DNA of 64,000 nucleotides from contig CM119372.1 in assembly GCA_051294905.1 (NCBI GenBank), forward strand, positions 17,052,001 to 17,116,000, in the 5' to 3' direction. A model generated the notes under the pieces. That model was given only the letters and a program-made list of their open reading frames with translations. It had not been told where the DNA came from and did no database searches. The position numbers and the translations under genes are program-made. The stretch is from Botryllus schlosseri. Taxonomy: Eukaryota. Each line of letters begins with the position of its first letter. The first letter of the stretch is position 1. Below are positions 56,463 to 64,000 of this stretch, piece after piece.

Positions 56463-56577
56463 ACATTTCTAAAGATTACTTCTGCACAAAATTTAGCTGT
56501 ACAATATCACCTGCTCGTCAACAGAGTGCTGGAAGAACAGAATCCTCGCGTCAAGCGGCGCCCTATTTGTAATTCGC

Positions 56578-59095
56578 GTACCGAAATTTAGAAAATGTAC
56601 AATTTCAATTCGATTCAAATGAGATATATGTAGAGTCCGAAGCCTAATTCGTTTTGAAATGGATTCTACTAGTCTAGCCGCTTCGATCGAGACCAAAATT
56701 ATTATTCAAGTCGACGTCCCAAGGGTCGAACGGGGGCCATAATTGTGTCCGGATTATCAAAATTTCGAAAATGTCCGATTTCAATTCGATTCTAATGAGA
56801 TATATGTAGAGTCCGAAGCCTAATTCGTTTTGAAATGGATTCTACTAGTCTGGCCGCTTCTATCGAGACCAAAATCATTATTCAAGTCGAGGTCCCAAGG
56901 GTCGAACTGGGGCCCTAATTGTGTCCGGATTACCGAAATTTCGAAAATGTCAAATTTCAATTCGATTTTAATGAGATATATGTAGAGTCCGGAGCGTAAT
57001 TCTTTTTGAAATGGATTCTACTAGTCTGGCCGCTTCTATCGAGAACAAAATCATTATTCAAGTCGAGGTCCCAAGGGTCGAACTGGGGCCCTAATTGTGT
57101 CCGGATTACCGAAATTTCGAAAATGTCAAATTTCAATTCGATTCTAATGAGATATATGTAGAGTCCGGAGCGTAATTCTTTTTGAAATGGATTCTACTAG
57201 TCTGGCCGCTACTATCGAGACCAAAATCATTATTCAAGTCGAGGTCCCAAGGGTCGAACTGGGGCCCTAATTGTGTCCGGATTACCGAAATTTCGAAAAT
57301 GTCAAATTTCAATTCGATTCTAATGAGATATATGTAGAGTCCGGAGCGTAATTCTTTTTGAAATGGATTCTACTAGTCTGGCCGCTACTATCGAGACCAA
57401 AATCATTATTCAAGTCGAGGTCCCAAGGGTCGAACTGGGGCCCTAATTGTGTCCGGATTACCGAAATTTCAAAAATGTCAAATATCAATTCGATTCTAAT
57501 GAGATATATGTAGAGTCCGGAGCGTAATTCTTTTTGAAATGGATTCTACTAGTCTGGCCGCTTCTATCGAGACCAAAATCATTATTCAAGTCGAGGTCCC
57601 AAGGGTCGAACTGGGGCCCTAATTGTGTCCGGATTACCGAAATTTCGAAAATGTCAAATTTCAATTCGATTCTAATGAGATATATGTAGAGTCCGGAGCG
57701 TAATTCTTTTTGAAATGGATTCTACTAGTCTGGCCGCTTCTATCGAGACCAAAATCATTATTCAAGTCGAGGTCCCAAGGGTCGAACTGGGGCCCTAATT
57801 GTGTCCGGATTACCGAAATTTCGAAAATGTCAAATTTCAATTCGATTCTAATGAGATATATGTAGAGTCCGGAGCGTAATTCTTTTTGAAATGGATTCTA
57901 CTAGTCTGGCCGCTTCTATCGAGAACAAAATCATTATTCAAGTCGAGGTCCCAAGGGTCGAACTGGGGCCCTAATTGTGTCCGGATTACCGAAATTTCGA
58001 AAATGTCAAATTTCAATTCGATTCTAATGAGATATATGTAGAGTCCGGAGCGTAATTCTTTTTGAAATGGATTCTACTAGTCTGGCCGCTACTATCGAGA
58101 CCAAAATCATTATTCAAGTCGAGGTCCCAAGGGTCGAACTGGGGCCCTAATTGTGTCCAGATTACCGAAATTTCAAAAATGTCAAATTTCAATTCGATTC
58201 TAATGAGATATATGTAGAGTCCGGAGCGTAATTCTTTTTGAAATGGATTCTACTAGTCTGGCCGCTTCTATCGAGACCAAAATCATTATTCAAGTCGAGG
58301 TCCCAAGGGTCGAACTGGGGCCCTAATTGTGTCCGGATTACCGAAATTTCGAAAATGTCAAATTTCAATTCGATTCTAATGAGATATATGTAGAGTCCGG
58401 AGCGTAATTCTTTTTGAAATGGATTCTACTAGTCTGGCCGCTACTATCGAGACCAAAATCATTATTCAAGTCGAGGTCCCAAGGGTCGAACTGGGGCCCT
58501 AATTGTGTCCGGATTACCGAAATTTCAAAAATGTCAAATTTCAATTCGATTCTAATGAGATATATGTAGAGTCCGGAGCGTAATTCTTTTTGAAAGTCTG
58601 GCCGCTTCTATCGAGACCAAAATCATTATTCAAGTCGAGGTCCCAAGGGTCGAACTGGGGCCCTAATTGTGTCCGGATTACCGAAATTTCGAAAATGTCA
58701 AATTTCAATTCGATTCTAATGAGATATATGTAGAGTCCGGAGCGTAATTCTTTCTGAAATGGATTCTACTTGTCTGGCCGCTTCTATCGAGACCAAAATC
58801 ATTATTCAAGTCGAGGTCCCAAGGGTCGAACTGGGGCCCTAATTGTGTCCGGATTACCGAAATTTCGAAAATGTCAAATTTCAATTCGATTCTAATGAGA
58901 TATATGTAGAGTCCTTAGCCCAATTCTTTTTGAAATGGATTTTATCAGTCTGGCCGCTTCTATCGAGACCAAAATCATTATTCAAGTCGAGGTCCCAAGG
59001 GTCGAACTGGGGCCCTAATTGTGTCCGGATTACCGAAATTTCGAAAATGTCCGATTTCAATTCGATTCTAATGAGATGTATGTAGAGTCCGGAGC
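56578..59095 (-). repeat. 176-bp tandem array, ~14.3 units (right arm, inverted)
   Basis: TGTAGAGTCC recurs every 176 bp from ~56635 to ~59087 (15 times; one unit carries a 12-bp deletion). Confidence 0.95.
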
Positions 59096-60729
59096 CTAAA
59101 TCTTTTAAAAAAGTGTTCTACTATTCGTCGTGATCATATATTCGAGAAATTGATGATTCTTCGTAGCAGCCGCCGGTGTCAAATCATTCCCGCACTCTTC
59201 GAAATATATTTATACCCAAGGATAGTCGATAGACATGGTCTGTTGAGCGTTATCACCGACACATTTCTTACGATTCAACTGCAAAATATTCAGTCAAACG
59301 GCTGTGTAGTAGGTATCTCTTCGTCTTCTTAAAATTGTTTTTTCGTCATAATACCTGGAAATACACCCGAAAACGGTCGTTTACGTGCATTTGTCATTGA
59401 ATACATCACCAAGAAACAGTATGGCAAGAGGTTCCTGAATATGCTGATGTAATTTCCAAAGCACAAAATGTAATGACACCCGAGTATATTTTCATGATTC
59501 ACACAATCACCGATTTTCGCCAAAAATTCTAATAGAATCACAGTGGTGTATTTGTGGTTTGTTTATGTCATGGCTCAATGAATTCGTTGTCATGATCTGA
59601 CCATAGATATTAATGGTAAATGTTTAATATAAATGTAAACATTTGACTTTATATAGCTCATTGATCGACTGAACTGTACCACTGAGCTATATAAAGTGAG
59701 TGCATGATCAATGATCATAAAAAGCATGTAATCAATAATTTTAAAGTTAGATTTTTGAGATAACTGTGAATCGTTATGCCTTTATTAATTTTAGAGAGAT
59801 ACTCTGTGAAATGTCTCAGCTCAGAGCTTCGATGTCAGTTTCCGTGTACTTTGTCCAAATATATTACAGGCTCCATCCTGCCAATTAGAATGATTGGGCC
59901 TTACATTGTTGCAATTTCGAAAAGGTTAAACTTGGAGAAAACATCTAACCTAGAATTAGCGCGAGGGGTAAAATATGGCTCCTTTGCATTTCGTGAGGGA
60001 GGAAACACATGAGTGATTCTGTACTCGAAGTTGGAATATTGTGAATTCGTTGCTGTCACCAACGATAGACCTTTACGCCTGATATTCTTACCATTGAACG
60101 GGACCGTGTGAATCTGGTATCAAGATGCGTAAGCGTTAGTTGTAATTTTTCGAAAATTGGTTACTATTATATGAATTTACTGGCCTGACTGGGGTGTACC
60201 AGTGTGGTGTGTATATCTTAGTTCTCTTCTCCCTGCTTCTCTTGCTTTGATAAACTATTATTGAATAAATGTCACGTTAATGCATGTCTATTTAGGCTGT
60301 TACACGTAACTGAAGCAACCAATTCGAGGTCCATTAGATTCGGGCCATCAATTTGTATAGGTTGTAGCAAGTATTACTGTTACTGGTGCCGTAAATTTTA
60401 TACTCTAATGGAACTTGGAAGTATAGTCATCATTTCAATGTACCCCAAGACTGTGATACAATGTAAAAAAAACATAAGGTGTTCTAACGACTTGAGGTAG
60501 TCTTTACAATCAGACATGAATCCGAAGAGTGACCTAATACTAATAGTAACTATTTTTTCTTTAAAAGATGTTAATAAGGAGTGGAATTAGTCCAAAAATA
60601 ACCACTTAAGTGCATAAGTGTGAGTAACCAGCATAACCAATATATTTATACCATCCCCTATGAAATCTCGGTTCATTTTTTGAAATAAATCCTGCGTGAT
60701 AAGAGCTTTTCTGCATAGAGTAATTAAGT

Positions 60730-61806
60730 GATTACCAGAGAACCCGGCCCTTGGAGAACCCGGCCCTACCAACTCGGCCCTCGGAGAACCCGGCCCTCGG
60801 GAAATTTTGTATATCAAGCACGCGTGGTCTACTTGTTGTGGTATTCATGGTGTTTTTCGACTACTCTGGACCTCGGTGAATGCGGCCATCGAATAATTTT
60901 GAAATAAAAATGCATTAAATGTGATATGATTCTCAGGTAGGGAACAATCACGTGCCGTGGTAGATCTCCCAGTGCGAGAGCCTGATATCGAAGAATCTAC
61001 CACGCATGCTACCGGTTCACCATGATTGGTTGCCAGGGAACTCGGCACTTGGAGTTTGATACCGCAGCTTTGCAGCATGTGGCCTAATATCCCACCCCGG
61101 CAACCCTAATATCCCACCTCCGGCAACCCTAATATCCCACCCCCGGCAACCCTAATATCCCACCCCCGGCAACCCTAATATCCCACCCCGGCAACCCTAA
61201 TATCCCACCTCGGCAACCCTAATATCCCACCTCCGGCAACCCTAATATCCCACCCCCGGCAACCCTAATATCCCACCCCCGGCAACCCTAATATCCCACC
61301 CCGGCAACCCTAATATCCCACCCCGGCAACCCTATAATATCCCACCTCCGGTAACCCTAATGTCCCACTCCCCGGACCCTAATGTCTCCTTTCCCAACTA
61401 CCCTAACACCCCACCTCAACCTACAGTTGCAATAACGAGCAGACCACGTGTGGTTGATATGTGAGCAATAACAATCATCTGAACAATTCACACACAATGT
61501 ACAATGCGATAAGACCCAATACGATGTCATGAACCGATACGAGTATGTCGAACATCGCACGTCCGCCCTTCGCCAAGTCAATTCAACACTGAGCCGACCA
61601 CGCAAGCGTGATCACGTGATCTCTGCGTGATCTACGCATGCCCTGACCTCCTTACAAGATTGACAAATCAGTTGATAATAACATTATTAGTTTAATAATT
61701 CATATTAATACTTGTGAATACACTTAATTTCAAAATTTCCCGAGGAATTCACCGAGGGCCGGGTTCCCCAAGGGCCGGGTTGGTAGGGCCGGGTTCTCCG
61801 GCAACC
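60730..61806. mobile_element. non-autonomous TIR element with AACCCGGCCC subterminal repeats
   Basis: GATTACCAGAGAACCCGGCCC...GGGCCGGGTTCTCCGGCAACC; perfect 8-bp TSD AATTAAGT. Confidence 0.85.
61081..61385. repeat. 22-23 bp minisatellite GGCAACCCTAATATCCCACCCC(C), ~13 units
   Basis: Directly visible tandem units. Confidence 0.92.
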
Positions 61807-61872
61807 AATTAAGTAATTGAACAGAAAGTCCTGCATGACGTTGCCAACTTGCCACCAATTTCACTCTGGTAT

Positions 61873-64000
61873 ACCATAGTGTCCTATTAGAATTTTTGGC
61901 CGAAATCGGTGATCGGGTGAATCATGGAAATATACTCGGGTGTCATTACGTTTTGTGCTTTGGAAATTACATCGGCATATTCCGGAACCTCTTGCCAGAC
62001 TATTTCTTGATAATGTATTCAACGACAAATGCATGTAAACGACGGTTTTCGGGTGTATTTCCGGGTCTTATGATGAAAGAACAATTTTAGGAAGACGACT
62101 GGATACCTACTACGCAGCCGTTTGACTGAATATTTGGCAGAGAAATCGCCAGAAATGTGTCGATGATAACGCTCAGCAGACCATGTCTATCGACAATCCT
62201 TGGGGTATAAATATATTTCGAAGAGTGCGAGAATGGTTTGACACCGGCGACAGCTACAAAGAATCATCATTTTCCAGAATATATGATCACAACGAATAGT
62301 AGAACACTTTTTAAAAAGATTTAGGCTCCGGACTCTACATATATCTCATTAGAATCGAATTGAAATCAGACATTTTCAAAATTTCGGTAATCCGGACACA
62401 ATTATGGCCCCAGATCGACCCTTGGGACGTCGACTTGAATAATAATTTTGGTATTGATGGAATCGGCTAGACTAGTAGAATCCATTTCAAAAAGAATTAG
62501 GCTTCGGACTCTACGTATATCTCATTAGAATCGAATTGAAATCGGACATATTCGAAATTTCGATAATCCGGACACAATTATGGCCCCAGATCGACCCTTG
62601 GGACGTCGACTTGAATAATAATTTTGGTATTGATGGAATCGGCTAGACTAGTAGAATCCATTTCAAAAAGAATTAGGCTTCGGACTCTACATATATCTCA
62701 TTAGAATCGAATTGAAATCGGAAATTTTCGAAATTTTGATAATCCGGACACAATTATGGCCCCAGATCGACCCTTGGGACGTCGACTTGAATAATAATTT
62801 TGGTATTGATGGAATCGGCTAGACTAGTAGAATCCATTTCAAAAAGAATTAGGCTTCGGACTCTCCATATATCTCATTAGAATCGAATTGAAATCGGACA
62901 TTTTCAAAATTTCGGTAATCCGGACACAATTATGGCCCCAGATCGACCCTTGGGACGTCGACTTGAATAATAATTTTGGTATTGATGGAATCGGCTAGAC
63001 TAGTAGAATCCATTTCAAAAAGAATTAGGCTTCGGACTCTACGTATATCTCATTAGAATCGAATTGAAATCGGACATATTAGAAACTTCGATAATCCGGA
63101 CACAATTATGGCCCCAGATCGACCCTTGGGACGTCGACTTGAATAATAATTTTGGTATTGATGGAATCGGCTAGACTAGTAGAATCCATTTCAAAAAGAA
63201 TTAGGCTTCGGACTCTACATATATCTCATTAGAATCGAATTGAAATCGGAAATTTTCGAAATTTTGATAATCCGGACACAATTATGGCCCCAGATCGACC
63301 CTTGGGACGTCGACTTGAATAATAATTTTGGTATTGATGGAATCGGCTAGACTAGTAGAATCCATTTCAAAAAGAATTAGGCTTCGGACTCTCCATATAT
63401 CTCATTAGAATCGAATTGAAATCGGACATATTAGAAATTTCGATAATCCGGACACAATTATGGCCCCAGATCGACCCTTGGGACGTCGACTTGAATAATA
63501 ATTTTGGTATTGATGGAATCGGCTAGACTAGTAGAATCCATTTCAAAAAGAATTAGGCTTCGGACTCTACATATATCTCATTAGAATCGAATTGAAATCG
63601 GACATTTTCAAAATTTCGGTAATCCGGACACAATTATGGCCCCAGATCGACCCTTGGGACGTCGACTTGAATAATAATTTTGGTATTGATGGAATTGCCT
63701 ATACGAGTAGAATCCATTTCAAAAAGAATTAGGCTTCGGACTCTCCATATATCTCATTAGAATCGAATTGAAATCGGACATATTCGAAATTTCGATAATC
63801 AAGACACAATTATGGCCCCAGATCGACCCTTGGGACGTCGACTTGAATAATAATTTTGGTATTGATGGAATCGGCTAGATTAGTAGAATCCATTTCAAAA
63901 AGAATTAGGCTTCGGACTCTCCATATATCTCATTAGAATCGAATTGAAATTGGACATATTAGAAATTTCGATAATCCGGACACAATTATGGCCCCAGTTT
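61873..64000 (+). mobile_element. left arm of a second, diverged foldback-type element; 176-bp array from ~62322 runs off the window
   Basis: Starts ACCATAGTGTCCTATTAG; colinear with 49766-50215; ~9.5 units visible. Confidence 0.88.

Larger units (their letters stand above)
49766..59547. mobile_element. foldback-type DNA transposon, 9782 bp, long inverted arms containing 176-bp tandem arrays
   Basis: Termini ACCACTGTGATTCTATTAG...CTAATAGAATCACAGTGGT; 8-bp TSD GTATTTGT (49758-49765, 59548-59555); ~450-bp near-identical outer arms. Confidence 0.9.

Noticed and set aside
50215..64000. 176-bp arrays as a CRISPR array
   Set aside because: Units are contiguous near-identical monomers without unique spacers; no cas genes; eukaryotic context.

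Overview
Eukaryotic, AT-rich, repeat-dense invertebrate-type DNA. Short introns and possible trans-splice acceptors suggest a tunicate, but that is inference. Host genes: intronless RP2; a tandem trio of intronless acyl-CoA thioesterase (ACOT/BAAT-family) genes ending in PTS1 signals, the middle one broken by a ~50 bp deletion; six-exon Rab35 (-); six-exon malonyl-CoA decarboxylase (+); an intronless, internally duplicated 1079-aa unknown protein with two RIIa/Dpy-30-like motifs (-); and intronless FIBP (-). Mobile DNA: a gypsy-type LTR retrotransposon (138-bp LTRs, GTTAT TSD) whose primer site reads as the complement of a tRNA 5' end rather than a CCA 3' end; a 9.8-kb foldback-type element with an 8-bp TSD whose inverted arms carry 176-bp tandem arrays, plus the start of a second diverged copy; a TIR element with a CCCTAA-containing minisatellite; four short repeats carrying a minimal hammerhead ribozyme core; many nested hAT-type MITEs; a tRNA-derived SINE; and LINE fragments. 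All calls were made by eye, without database searches.
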